A stretch of 56,664 nt of DNA, counting the filler, from Catajapyx aquilonaris (Eukaryota): NCBI GenBank assembly GCA_000934665.2. It is 4 parts of 4 records of this genome, joined end to end, with 100 filler letters (N's around TTAATTAATTAA, not from the genome) between each part and the next. Parts side by side here need not be neighbours in the genome. Positions count along the whole stretch, not along the records: positions 14,082 to 28,047 come from JYFJ02007924.1; positions 28,148 to 42,425 come from KZ539750.1; 2 more parts are not named here. The stretch is one strand, 5' to 3'. Position numbers and translations under genes: made by a program. Every line of letters begins with the position of its first letter. The first letter of the stretch is position 1. Positions 24,401-37,431 of the stretch are shown here, in pieces. Below the pieces are notes generated by a model. That model was given only the letters and a program-made list of their open reading frames with translations, did not search any database and was not told where the DNA came from.

Positions 24401-27400
24401 CACAAAGTGTGTTCCCGATCTCATGAACAGCATGGCATGCAATCCGTCCCAGAACAATGCCTACTGTGTTATGATTAGCTTACTCTGTATCCCCGTGATA
24501 ACAATGAACGTTGAAAAAAAAACACACATTTCGACCATTTCGCAAGAGTGGTCAAGCAAAATTTTTCTTTCGCGAAAAATAACGGTTTGTTATTTCCTAT
24601 GGTTACTTTGGGGATTCCTTTTTTTTTTCTATCGGTACTTAGTACGGTATTCAAACCCAAGATGAACATACAAAAAAAGATTTATTAACGCGTACCATAC
24701 GGGATATTGTACTACATACATGCCTACGCGTACTTAACGGATTCTCGGTACCGGGAAAAGGTCATACAATTGTGTGACTTGATCTCCTGAGGGAGAGAAG
24801 GTGCAAAATCCCTGTAAATGTTACTAGGGCAGGGTCGACCGAAAGCGAAGGTTACTGGGTCTCATCAAGTGGATGCTCAATAAAACGGCGCAGGTTTCCC
24901 CTCAGGGGGGAGGTAAACGTCGATTTTTTTTTATATAAAGCAGTTCTCTTTTGCCGGTCTCCAAGGTGTTAATGCCATGTGGTGATTTGCACGTGTGTGG
25001 ATAAAAAAAACTAATATTGGCTGATGGGAGTATATTTTTTTTTGAATGAATGGTCTCATTAGTGTGCGGCCGTGTGTGAATCCCCGACTTCCGTTGACCT
25101 TTGGACTGGTGACGTGGACCTGTTGCGAATTGTGGCGTAATTTTCTTTGCAATTTTTTGGGTGCGTGGTACGTAGCTCCGGGTGTTGTGTAATTGCGAAC
25201 CGCGCGTTTAATTCACGGGAGCATAGTTTCAGGGACGTACCTTCGTGTTGTGATTCACGCGTGACAGTATGCAGGATGTATTGAATGACAGGTATTGTTG
25301 CGGGTAGTAAAAACGTAATACGGGGAATTCACGATATGGGAAGGCTCAAGTGGGGATGTGATAATATTTCGTATCAGGAAGGCTAGGAAGTTAAGCTGTT
25401 CCTGATTTGATATCGGGGCAGCACGGTGTCAATAAAACCAATAAAGAACGAAATATGAAATCGAAAGATTGGTACCGGATTGAACGGTTGGTATGTGAAG
25501 AATGTGCTTTCATTCGGGGAAAAATTGGGTCTGTGACTGGAAGCGTTCACCTGCAATGTTTGTCACCTGAAATATTTGGCTTATCAATTCCATAGGAATC
25601 CTGATAGATAATACATATAAACAACAATATTATAGCAGTCCAAGATGAAAATGTAATTGTACAGCATAAATCGAACAATAATATGCAACCTCATATGAGT
25701 CCACATTGCAGGTGAAGTTGAACTGACAATAAGATTCATTTAAACTTTGTAAGATACGACAATGTCTTAGCGTTCAATCAGTGAAACTGGGAAAGTTTCT
25801 GGAATTGAAGTGGAATGTAGAAAAGGATCTGATGGAAGAGCCTCTTCCTTTCCGGCAAAGCTATTGTAGGCATGCTTTAGAAAAGTAATTGTCACTGTGC
25901 TACTTTTGAATGCAATGCATCATAGGAATTGTATGCTGAAATTTCACTAGTTTTCCCTTCCTATCACTTTCTTTGAATGTTAATTATAACACCGGTGTAA
26001 TTGAGTGAAACATTAATTAGAGGCAGTGTGAAGTAAATTTTTCGTCGTATGCGTGTACAGATCCAGTCCAAAAAAAGGTTTCACGAGAGATACCACAATC
26101 AGAGCTCCCTTATCACTACTTATCTCACGTACTAGGGTGCTTCCATCTTTGTTTGGTAAAAAACAATCACTTTCTTGCTTGATCACTGGTGAATCGGCTG
26201 AACTTTGTGACTCACTCTTGAAATTTGTATTTCCCAGGGTATGGTCCCATCGAATCCAGTCCCAGAAGATGCAGAGCCCCCGCCGCCCCTCAGGTCTCCA
26301 GAGTCTCGACAGCTACAGAGGGAATCCTCCTTACCCCCGCCCCCGCCCCCAGTGCAAGACCTTCTCCCTGCACCTTCTTCATTTGCTGGGCCCCTGCCAC
26401 CACCATCCAGCCCAGTGTACGCTAATTTCCCCCTAAAGTCGCCCCCTGAACCACCCTCACCTATCCGATATGAAGAGGCCCCTACTAAAGTCCTGGCCAA
26501 TGGATGGGAAGAGTTTGTCCACCCAACTGGTCGACCATATTATTACAACCCAGACACAGGGGAGAAAAGGTGGAAGCCGCCGAGGAAGAATCTCTACAGC
26601 AGCAAGCAGGTGAGTCTGCATTTCCAATAAAAATATGGACATATCTTCCAGATGTGCCATTCATCTTCCTACTGAGAATTAAATTCTTGCAAATTCATTT
26701 TTTGTCATTAGCAACAATCACAAGTTTATGATTCAAGTGACATTTGTGCCACAAAATTATAGTCATGACATTCATCAGTACTGATATTGCCAGATTGAAG
26801 TTTTCATGTAGAAAAATTTATCCTAAAACTTGCATGATGTGGGGCAACTGCTAATATCCTTATTAAAGCTTTGAGGGTCACGGGACTATGTGTAACACTG
26901 TTCAGGATTGTTAATGACAGCAATTTTCTTAAATCTAAGTATGGCTATATGCTGATGCTTTGGAGTAGTTATAAAGAGACAGAGAAAGAAAAACATTTAA
27001 TGTTGTAATCTAGACTGGAGTAAATTATTATTGTACATTATGTAGATTAACTGAAGTGTGTGTGTTAATTTGCAATAATCAGCAGATAATGTAGCTCCAG
27101 CAAGCTTTTTATCCTTATAACTGAAGCTGCCAATGCAAAACTGGTCATTGATCCTTGGAGAGTTATTACTCCCATGGCCATTTTAGGCTGCAATCTGGCT
27201 GTCCATGAGCTCTTCCTGCATGCCCGTTCAATGACCACATGAACAGGGTGGTGTGATGGCAGTTTTACTACAAAGGCTTAAAATAGAGATGTTGTGGCAT
27301 TGCCTAGAAGCAGTCAACTGATAGCAATGACAGCAAATAAAACAAAAATTCCTTCCTATTTACTAAAAAAATATGAATTTCCTTCGACTTTCAGCAGCAA

Positions 27401-27568
27401 GCACCAGAGAGCAGCAGAGCGGAGAGCCCAACCCAGCCATGCTGCCACCTTGAGGAAGGGATTGGAACCATAGGGAATGTGTACTTTGTCGTACCCCCTG
27501 GATGGCGGGAGGATTTTGATGACATTACGGGGCAGGTCTACTACATACACCCTACCACTGGGACCAGG
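21433..27568 (+). CDS. ARHGAP12: ARHGAP12/27-family Rho GTPase-activating protein, 5' part (SH3-WW-WW); exons 21433-21636, 21944-22687, 26238-26609, 27395-27568
   Basis: SH3 VRVLYDFEY..MKEGEKLLLLRKTNLDWWQV..PFYAPATYVEE is typical of ARHGAP12/27/9. WW1 is NGWEEFVHPTGRPYYYNPDTGEKRWKPP and WW2 begins PPGWREDFDDITGQVYYIHPTTGTR. All junctions are GT-AG, phase 0. PH and GAP domains are not on this contig. Confidence 0.85.
23581..23861. mobile_element. PIF/Harbinger-like MITE
   Basis: Termini TAA|GGGGGGTTCATAAATTAGTC ... GACTAATTTATGAACCCCCC with ~70-bp inverted arms. Confidence 0.75.
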
Positions 27569-28047
27569 GTGAGTGAAGCCAACATTTCCCCCGGTGTGAT
27601 TCCCAATTAAATGATCATTGATTGCATACATGCAGATTTAGTGGTGAGAACATGATACTACATGGGGCCATGACAGGCAAATGATTACCCCATGAATCAG
27701 ATTACACATTCACTGTTGACTGGTATGATTAAAGTCATTTTAAACAATTGCGAAACAGTTGCAGCTTTCCATTTGACTGCAAAAGGCTTGATCTGTTTTC
27801 ACCTGGATGCTTGCCAGATATATTTGCCATTTGGGACAATGAGTATAATTGTCTGGTAATAATTGATGTAATTCAATATTGTTATGACTGAGTTGTAATC
27901 TGACAGCGTAGATTCCATAGACTTGAATGCAAACATGAAGGAATTTGTGACTTTCACGTTATTGATGTTTCACGTTCACATCTGGTCCTATAACCACCTA
28001 GTAGTCATGTGTGATGTGATGTGATCTAGAATTCTAGATTCTAGATG

Positions 28048-28147
28048 NNNNNNNNNNNNNNNNNNNNNNNNNNNNNNNNNNNNNNNNNNNNTTAATTAAT
28101 TAANNNNNNNNNNNNNNNNNNNNNNNNNNNNNNNNNNNNNNNNNNNN
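28048..28147. other. Artificial scaffold spacer N44-TTAATTAATTAA-N44
   Basis: Same 100-bp spacer as at 13982. Confidence 0.97.
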
Positions 28148-30404
28148 CCCCAAAAAAAATATATATATATGGGGTGGTGGAAAAGTAGGGGGGGTAGGAG
28201 GAGTCAAATGCGCCTGTGGCAGCCACGCAGCCCGGACACGAGTCCGCAGGTGCAAACTCTGCTGCAGTTTTGCACTCTGGAATATGCTCCGAGAGAGTCC
28301 GCGCAGCCTCCCTTCAAGCCCACCCCATTCTGCCAAATTGCTTCTCACTCCTGTGGGCACAACTCGGGTTGCAATGCAGGAACGTCCAGCATTAAAACTT
28401 GCATGTCCCTGCCAAAATATGAAATAACCGCATCCATAAAATCAGAGACATATCGCATAGTGAAACTTGGCAACGCTGGATGTAATATCACACCCATCGC
28501 GAAGATGTCGTCGCACCCTCTCTGCACACTACTGCCACTCTCATGGTCATGCGGGGGGAAAGTGGTACTACATGCACCTAGCTTATCAAATATGATGACT
28601 CACCCCGGATATTACAAGCCAAATCTTCAATTATATCAACCGTTTAATTACTGGTCCAGCTAATCCGTGTGGCTTGATCTGTACTTTTGCAAATTGCGCA
28701 ATTTTTTTTCTCTCCCCTTCCCCCCCGTCTACCGCCCCTGCCCATGTTGGAATTTATGCAGAAACATGTTGTGAGAATTCACGTGGGAAAATGGCCTGCA
28801 CGCACCTCCCCCCCCTGGAGGTAAGTTGGAGCCAATTTTTCAGAATAATCCCGCATCAATTAGCATGTAATGGGTGGAAGCAGAGTCAGGGGGTGGAGGA
28901 GGAGGTGAGGGAGAGGGGGCGTGAGGGAGGCGGGGGCGGGGGGATTTCAGTCAATACGGTGCTGGGGGCTTGTCCACATTTTGCCAAATCAACACCGGGG
29001 CCAAACTTTGCTGAAACTGATTTTGCAATATTCAAAAGCTAGTAACTTGGAGAGGGGGGGGGAAAAAAAATTGTGGGGGCGATATGACACGCGGATAGCC
29101 GGCAAATAATTTTGGATAATTTTGCGGCGGCTACTCTATTTGCAGCCAAATATATATTTTTGAAGCCACTTTGCACGGCCAATTACGCGTCATTAAACTC
29201 CATCAGTGTCCATGCCTAATTTGTTAAAATATCACTCGACCATATTGCATTTTCAATGTATGATATAAAATGTGAAGTGCGATCATACTGTAAGCTGAAG
29301 GGGGGGGGGGTTAACGAGTTTCTGGTTAAACGCAATTAATTTAAATAATTTCTAGCCCTGAATTCCAACACTGACGACACAAGTGTCCACTGTGTTACCC
29401 AGTAATTTTAAACGACGCGCCACACCTGGCCACCCTGCAGCACCAATAACGATGAAATACATCTGACACCCCTGTTTTTTGGGACTAAAATTGAGTTAAA
29501 CGTGTACAAATTAATTACATATTTCTTTTAAATAATTCGCCGATTCGATCATTTTCCATTGCGCATTTTTTTCAGGTATGATATTAAGTTGGCAACACTG
29601 AGTAGGATGTCCACAACTTTTTGGTCGGCATAGTACTTATATGAAATACAGTTTATTTCCATCGGCGATGCGCAGATTTCTGGTCGTCGGAATGGAGCCG
29701 CAGCGCATTTCCGCGCTTGCAAAAACCTCGCCAAAAAAAAAGTGTGCTTCCTGAGACTTACGCTGTTTGAGACGGAGTGAATCGAAGGGAGAGAAAGGCA
29801 AAGTGCGATATCGAGTTGGCAGGTGGGAATAGAGGGGGGCTTGGTGTGCGCATGAAGCCGCGCCCAGGCCTCCCCCATCAGCAAGCGACGAATGAGAGCT
29901 CGGTGTTTCATTTTTTCTCTCTCTCTCTCTCTTTTTTGGGGGGATAGGGAGGGGTGCCTCCTCCTCCTCCTCCCCACCCCCACTTTATCTCCCAGAGCAT
30001 TCCCCCACCCAAAACCAACCCAACCCGAAACCCACCCGACTTGATTCTTGTTGATGGCAACGTCACCAGAACCCCCCCACCCCCCTGCTCCTTTCCAACC
30101 TTCCCCCACCCACCCTCCGGGCTCTCATCTCCTGCAGCCCATAAAACTCAATATGCGCGCCTTCACACTCGCTTCCCTGGGCCCCTAAATTCATAATCTG
30201 CAGAGTGCCGGAGGGGCCCTCACCATTTCCATATTGTAGTAGTCACTGTCCGCCCTCTGGGGGGAACGGAGGGGTCACGCCCACGCGACCTCTCCATTGG
30301 TCACAGATGGGACGCGTGACCAAGGCAGGGATTTCCAGGAGAGGGAAAAAGTTTTCTCGGTTCGTACCCTACGAACACTGAATCTGGCTCCACCCCCCTT
30401 CAGT

Positions 30405-30880
30405 GTCTTGCGCATGCGCATAACAGAAAGGAGGCGGAGTCTTGGTTGTGCGCAGGCTCGAACAGGTGTGCAGAACACAGTGCGCATGTGCAGACGAACA
30501 GAAAGCCGTGGAGACGTCTAGCGCATCGAACATTACACGCATGTGCCGAAGAATAGAAAGGGTTAAACTTCAGTCTTGCGCATGCACGAACGCAGTACGC
30601 ATGCGCAGACGAACAGAAAGGGGTGGAGACTATGTCTTGCGCATGCTCGAACATTACACGCATGTGCAGACGAACAGAAAGCGGTGGAGACTAGGTCTTG
30701 CGCATGCTCGAACACAGTACGCATGCGCATACGAACAGAAAGGGGCGGAGACTAGGTCTTGCGCATGCTCGAACATCACACGCATGCGCAGAAGAATAGA
30801 AAGGGTCATAACCTCGGTCTTGCGCATGCTCGAACACAGTACGCATGCGCAGACGAACAGAAAGGGGTGGACACTTCATC
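30405..30880. repeat. ~61-bp minisatellite (about 8 units) rich in GCGCATGCGC
   Basis: Unit GTCTTGCGCATGCTCGAACACAGTACGCATGCGCAGACGAACAGAAAGGGGCGGAGACTAG with alternating variants. Confidence 0.9.
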
Positions 30881-32343
30881 TTGCTCAGTCTCGAGCCATT
30901 TCTAATCAAGTGTGAGTGTGCTCGAACCAAGTACCAACAAAAATGTTTAAATACCCGTTTGGTCCCCCCATTTTTCTATTATCTGGAAACTTCATACTGC
31001 TGTCCGATTACTTCCGGGTGGGATCTCCCCCATGGGGGTGACCTTTGCCCCCCAGAGCAGGTGTGACCAAACCCATACTAAGTGAGCATCCGGACAGTGC
31101 CACCACCCCTCATTATGGAATCTGGCTCGTTATCCTTAATATGCCGACTAACAATAGGGAATAATCCAATGGAGGGGGTGGATGTTGGGTGGGTATTTGG
31201 GGGGTGACATGGGGGTGAGGGGGCTCAACAAACGCACAGTTTCCATTCCACCGGATTTGTCCAACCCCCACCATGCCATTCAAAATCGGTCTTGTCAATC
31301 TGGTCGCCATAACAACTCTGGGGAGACCCCAATTGCAGCGGGTTATTACCCAAAAAAGTGGGTATTTCCGGGTTGACTCACATATTTCGTGTATGGAAGT
31401 AAACACGGATCGTTGAGTTCAGCCAATAAGATCAGTCTTATCTTGATGTACAATACTAAAAGGGTTTGACCCTTGATAATATTTCCTGCCATAAAGTGAC
31501 TGCAATATTTTCCCCTTGATATCATTACCTCATCTGAGGTGGTCAATCACGCCTCCTTAGTCGAATGATGCATATTAGTGGTAATATATCATTTCGCCAC
31601 TTCTATATGCCAGACTCGCCAGATATTTGCTTATCCATCGGATCGAGCGGGGTATTTTTTTGTGCCAAATGTGGCGGTAAGAAAAGGTCGGACCTTCGCG
31701 AAAAAAAGTCATGGTTGCCAACCCGGATGTAGGTTGGTAGAAAGGCTAGGCTCATATTGGACCGCAGCGATTTATTCTGCCCACGCCCTAGGGCTCGCCT
31801 GCTTCCCAGGGAACCCGGATCAGCCCTGCAAACCGGAGTCTGCCCACCGATCCATCTCCACCCCCTTCCCCCTACCTCCCTATTCCCCCCTACCTCTCTT
31901 TCCCCTCTTCCCCCCCCCCTCACATCTCCCAACCACAACTCTCCCCCCCTACTCTTGTCTACCTCCCCTAACCCCCCGAAGCGCAATTTCTGCCCCTCTT
32001 CTTTCCAACACCCGAATTTCTTGCACGAATCCAAAAATTAGCGAATTTTTTAAAATATTTATCTCCTTAAACTAAATAAAATTTAGCTAACTAAGATTCT
32101 GTCTGTCCACTATGACTCATCACCAACGTGCATATAGTACTACTTTCCCCCTGAGAGTGGCAGTAGTGTGCATAGAGGGAGGATGCCCGCCATCTGTGAG
32201 TGACATATCGTACTATATGCCCAAGTGGAAGACAGGCCGGGCAGTGTTGCCAAATTTTGGTGTATAATGACGTATAATACTAGCAGGAAACCTGTTCTCA
32301 CGGAGATCTAATGGGTACGAAATGGGTTAGAAATTGGTACGAA

Positions 32344-32496
32344 ATGTACTATCGGGTTCAAATACTTTTGGTCACTTTATCCTGGTCTTGAAGCAACCCT
32401 TCGCACAGACCCCACGTTAAGGAGGTGTGTTTGTGTGAAGGGTTGCTTCAAGACCAGGATTAAGTGGCCAAAAGTATTTGAACCCGGATAGTACAT
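32344..32496. mobile_element. Hairpin MITE (Tc1-like, TA-flanked)
   Basis: ~64-bp inverted arms (TACTATCGGGTTCAAATACTTTTGG...AAGCAACCCTTC / GAAGGGTTGCTT...CCAAAAGTATTTGAACCCGGATAGTA) around a short loop. Confidence 0.8.
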
Positions 32497-32697
32497 AGTG
32501 TTCCAAGTTCGTGGGTCGTTTTCATTTATCACTAATATCGTTAGTAGTTATTTTTTGTTGCTAGTTGCACCCCTAACCAGTATAACTACTGCTACATTCG
32601 ACCACCTGGGGCACAACAAGATGCACAAAAATAACTAAGGCTACTTCGGACGATATCAGTGATAACAAAAAACTACCCATGAACTTGGAACACCCTG
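32494..32697. mobile_element. Tc1/mariner-type MITE abutting the previous one
   Basis: TA|CATAGTGTTCCAAGTTCGTGGGT ... ACCCATGAACTTGGAACACCCTG|TA. Confidence 0.7.
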
Positions 32698-34855
32698 TAA
32701 TATTATATGAAATGGACACGTAATTGGTATGAAGCGGAACAAACTTTGCCTTACGGTATATGTATACAGACATAGAGTATAGAAGAAAACGAGTGAATCC
32801 CCTTGCCAAAACTTGGCAACATTGCCCCCCCCCCCTACCAATGTGGACGTAGTACCATATGTCCTACATAGATGGCGCATCCTCTCCATCCAATACTGAT
32901 GACTCACCACGGACAGAGTCACAGACCAAAGCCAACGATTCCTCTCAAAGATTTTCTGTAAAAAAAAATTAAACAAATCTGAATTTCCGCAAACCTCAAA
33001 AACCGTGGTTGCAAACAGTAATTGGCCAGAAAATGCATGATGGTCAGTTAGGACGAGGCTAGTTTTTCGGCCCAGCCAAGCCCCGGCTATGAAATTGGAT
33101 CCATTTCGTCCACTCTCACGTGTAAATACATTACAACCCCAGCGTGGTACATACACCGGGAAGCTCATCAATATCCAAATAGTCCTATTGATTATCGTGT
33201 GTGTGTGTGTGTGTGTGCAACGTTGCCTCTCGACTGGATGTAATTTGGAGTCGGTGTAACGCCCGTACGTGCGTCACCAGCAGACAAGTGTGACGCGTTG
33301 GATTTTTGAACAGGAGCAGCAGAGGGGTGGAATTTGGAGCAAATAGGTGTAGAATGATGTCAAGAGGAGAGGGGGTTCTGGGGGGTGGTGGTGAGAGGAA
33401 AAAGAGGGTTAATAGGCTCGCGGGGAAAGTTGGCTAGATGGAGTGGAGATAGGCTGAAAGAGCCAGGATTGGTGGCCGTAAAGAAGGTCTGGGGGCAGTA
33501 AAGGCCCGGATTTACGGTCCGTTGGCCTTGTCTCTCTTCCTCTTTCCCCCGCCGATCATCCCCACAGGAAATAGATACAAATGGGCTACACCCTTCTCTT
33601 CATTCGCACCCTCCGCCAACCAATCAGAAAGTAAATAACACTTCTCACAATCACGGTCCCGAACCGTCCACGTAGTTCCACATTCCTCACATAGATGGCG
33701 CTACTACACCGTCTATGTACAGATGCCAGGTGGAAAAATTTTCCTAACTTGGCTATGGCCTATTTCAGGTTCCATTTGCGTCTGGCAACTACATCAAAGT
33801 AGAGTAGACTCCGGATATAACAGACTTCAAGGGACTGTGGAAATGAGTATGTTATAACCGAGGTCTGTTGTGCGACAGTATGGCGTGACCAGCCTTTCGA
33901 GTCTGCTATGACCGAGAGTCAGACTGTTATATTCGGAATCACCTGTACCAGAAATCCCGTGCAGTCTTTTCCTGTGCCGACTACACGATACGAACTCATG
34001 TGAGGTGACCAATAACGCATCGGTTAGCGTTAGAGTATTTATGGCCAAAGGACATGTAAAATGAAAGAGGGCGCGATATACATCCATGCCATGGACAAAC
34101 AGAGGCACAGACTCGAGCCAATTCCATAGTAAGTGTGCTTGCATGTTTGACCTACCATTTGGACCTTCCCTGGTCAACTTTATTTTTGAGGTTGATTTGA
34201 GGTGGCGAGAATCAGATAGAGGAGGAGAAGCACAGGAGAGGTTGAATTACTCTGGGAGCCAGAGAATAAGGGTGGACTCTGCAGAATGGATTGCAGGGAG
34301 AGGAGGCGAGAGGAGAGAGAGAGAGAGAGAGGTCCTCTAAGCCCAACTGGGCAATTAATCTGGCTCTTGGCTAATGAAAGGGAAGGCAGCAGAGAAGGTC
34401 CTGCCTCCTGTTGGGAACCAACTCGAGCCGACTAAACCGAACCACCAACTAGCCCTAACGAGAAATCCTCTCCCCCCTCCATCCCCCACCCCCTCCATCC
34501 CTCCCTCAACACGACACCATTTCCCTTTTCCATCTCATCTCGACCACGGTTTAGTTGCATTCCGGGGCTCAACTTTTTAGCGCCAGGAGCAGCACGGTTC
34601 GACTCAGCTTCCAAGGGCAACTTTCTGGATGTCGTCTCATCCCGCTAGGGATGAGCATATATATTACACGTGTCGCTCGATTCTGGGAAAGGCGACAGAT
34701 TACGTTTCAGATGCAGGTCTAAAAATCCGGTTCTCACTTCTCAGGACAGATATCCGGATACGGATTTCTCTAGGCGTGACTCTGTCCTTTATACACGTGT
34801 TGACTGTAGTTAACCACAGTTACCACTTTCCTCGTTCAATAATAACAGGACACAA

Positions 34856-35282
34856 CAGGAGGTCCGTGAAAATATCACCAACACTTTCAGCTCAAAAATC
34901 ACGCCCATGCCCATAATTATGAGCTTTTTATGAGCTTCCCAAACCAATCAACCACAAATTTTGAGCTCGCTTCGTTCCAGAGATATCCTGACTTTAAAGT
35001 CACCCTGTAGATATGTTAGACTCAAACCCCACAAACGGCCATTGGGTGAAAAAAAAACCCTCCAGACTGCGGAACGCTCCTTTTCAAACCATCCATTCCG
35101 CGGAATGCTCCATGTTAAACCATCCACTCCGCGGAGAGGTCGTTTTCAAAACGGCCAGACCCCGAAATGCGAGCTCAAAATTTGTAGCTGATTGCGTTGG
35201 GAAGCTCATAAACAGCTCATAATTATGGACACAAGTCTGATTTTCGAGCTGAAAGTGTTGGTGGTATCTTCACGGACCTCTG
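34856..35282. mobile_element. MITE with ~85-bp TIRs
   Basis: GAGGTCCGTGAAAATATCACCAACACTTTCAGCTC...CATAATTATGAGC versus GCTCATAATTATG...GAGCTGAAAGTGTTGGTGGTATCTTCACGGACCTC. Confidence 0.78.
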
Positions 35283-36596
35283 AAGCTGTCAAAGGTTGGG
35301 ACACACTTGAACGGATTGGTCAGTATTTTCATCAGTTGGCAAGTTGGGGGTATATACCTGTGAGTGTCCAGTAGGTTGGTACGGGACCACTAAATGATGC
35401 TGGAAGTTTATCAAAGGTGCCAGAAAGTACTGGGAGCGAAACCTTGTTAACAGACGAGCGGAAAAGGGGAAAGAAAGAGTGTGGGGGGAGAAAAATGGGT
35501 GAGGTAGGGGTTGAAGGAAAGAGGAGGGGGTGGAGGGGGCGAAACGATCCCAAAGACCTCAGCAATCCATTCGATGGTAATGAAATCTCACGCCCTAAGG
35601 AATCCGATAATTAAGCCCCGCCAAGGCTGCAAGAGGCAGCAGCAGCAGCCCACGACTCTAATTCACCAGGGTCTTTTTATCCTCCACACCCAACCCTCCA
35701 CTCCTCCAACACCATCTCAAAGAAGAATCTCAGCAGGCCGTATCCTCACCAACAAACAAACACATTCGACACTATGCCCTACAAAACGACAATGTAAAAC
35801 ATGCCTATAAACTAACCCAACCACAATGACTGGAGACCAACTATCGCAACAAGTGCAACATGCGGCAACCCTGCTTCCAGTGCAAATCGTATGTACTTGC
35901 CCCAACATTTATTCATGAAAGACAATGCGCACTAAAAATTCACGATTTTTTTCCCCATCTCCAGCAACAAATATTTAACAATCTCCGTTTGTAATTTTTG
36001 GACCGTTACCATCATTTCAAATGTCCACTGGTCCGTCAAGTTGGCAATCCGGACAAAAATTCCATTTGCAATTCAATGTAGGCCTAAATATTACCTTGGC
36101 GTACAACCGGCTTACTACACACTACCTAACGTACTCGGCGGACTAAAAATATTTGCCTGATCTATCTTTCAGGACCATCCAGTTTGGAGTAAAAGGACGG
36201 TGCTACTCACTCCTGCCATGTGGCTAAAATGTGTGCGAAAAAAATTGGCTCGGCCAACATGCTTCTACAGGGTGTTTCGCGAAAAAAAAAAAACCACAGT
36301 TCCCACAAATCCATGCTTAAAATGTCGTAGGTATTGCTTACACCCTGTACATTTCCAACCAAAATGTTTGTTTCCCTCTTTACGATTCTATTTGGCCTGC
36401 AGTATATCGAGTAAATAGATCAAATAATAGGAAAACTTTCCCCTAGCGTCCAACAGATATCGGATTAAGAGGAGATTGGTTTATGTTTCTTATTTTCCTG
36501 TGAAAGCCATCATCGCATTTGTGTTGCATGGAATACACATACGGAACTGTCAGCAAAGATTATACCCGATGGAGGTTCAGGTGAAATATTCAGAGC

Positions 36597-37431
36597 GCCA
36601 AAAATTTAAAGAAACAAAAATTGGAAAAAGAAAGAGGAAAATATGTTTACCTTTGTTGATGGACTAGAATGTTAAAAAGTTATTTTGAATTTATAGGTTG
36701 TCTAACTTAAACTTAAACGCAACGTTGTAACACTTCATCGCCGATTTGTTAAACCGGGCCCAAAGCTAAAATGTTCACATTGCCGTTAACCTGCAGTTAT
36801 CTCATAACGGAGAGTTAAAAGTTGCAGAGGTTGAGAGGCAATGTCGGGCCAACCTCTTTAAACACAAAATTTAATAGTTGCAATTCAATTTTTAAGTCAT
36901 CAGCACCGATCACTTAAAAATTGAATTATTGCAACTTTTAACTGGCCGTTATGAGCTAATAATTGCAGTTTAACGGCAATATCTCAACATTTGAGCTTCA
37001 ATGTTCAGTTTATCCAACCGTTTCAACAGACAATATTATTAACATTGTTTATATGGTATTTAAAACAACCATTACCATCTCCAAGAATTTGCCAAAAATT
37101 TAAAGGAAACAAAATTTGAAAAAAATTTAGGAAAATATGTTTATCCATGTTGATGGACTAGACACTAGAATGTGAAAAAGTTGCCATGAATTTAGAGGTT
37201 GTCTAACTTAAACGCGACTTTTTAACATTTAATCGCCGATTTGTTAAACCATCATTTGGTCCAAAGGTAGTCTCGACCACTTATAAATTAAATTACATTT
37301 ATGATCGGTTTCTACCAATTTTTAACTGGCCGTTATGAGCTAACTGTAGGTTAAGGGCCATATCAACAATTTAGCTTATGTTCGGTTTATCTAACCGATT
37401 ATTGTTTATATGGCACTTAAACGACCATTAT
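36597..37431. repeat. Diverged tandem duplication (copies from ~36597 and ~37091)
   Basis: Shared blocks GCCAAAAATTTAAAG, TGTTGATGGACTAGA, ATCGCCGATTTGTTAAACC and TTTTAACTGGCCGTTATGAGCTAA. Confidence 0.75.

Noticed and set aside
30405..30880. CRISPR-like or coding interpretation of the 61-bp array (ORF 30442-30915)
   Set aside because: No unique spacers; the ORFs are by-products of the repeat.
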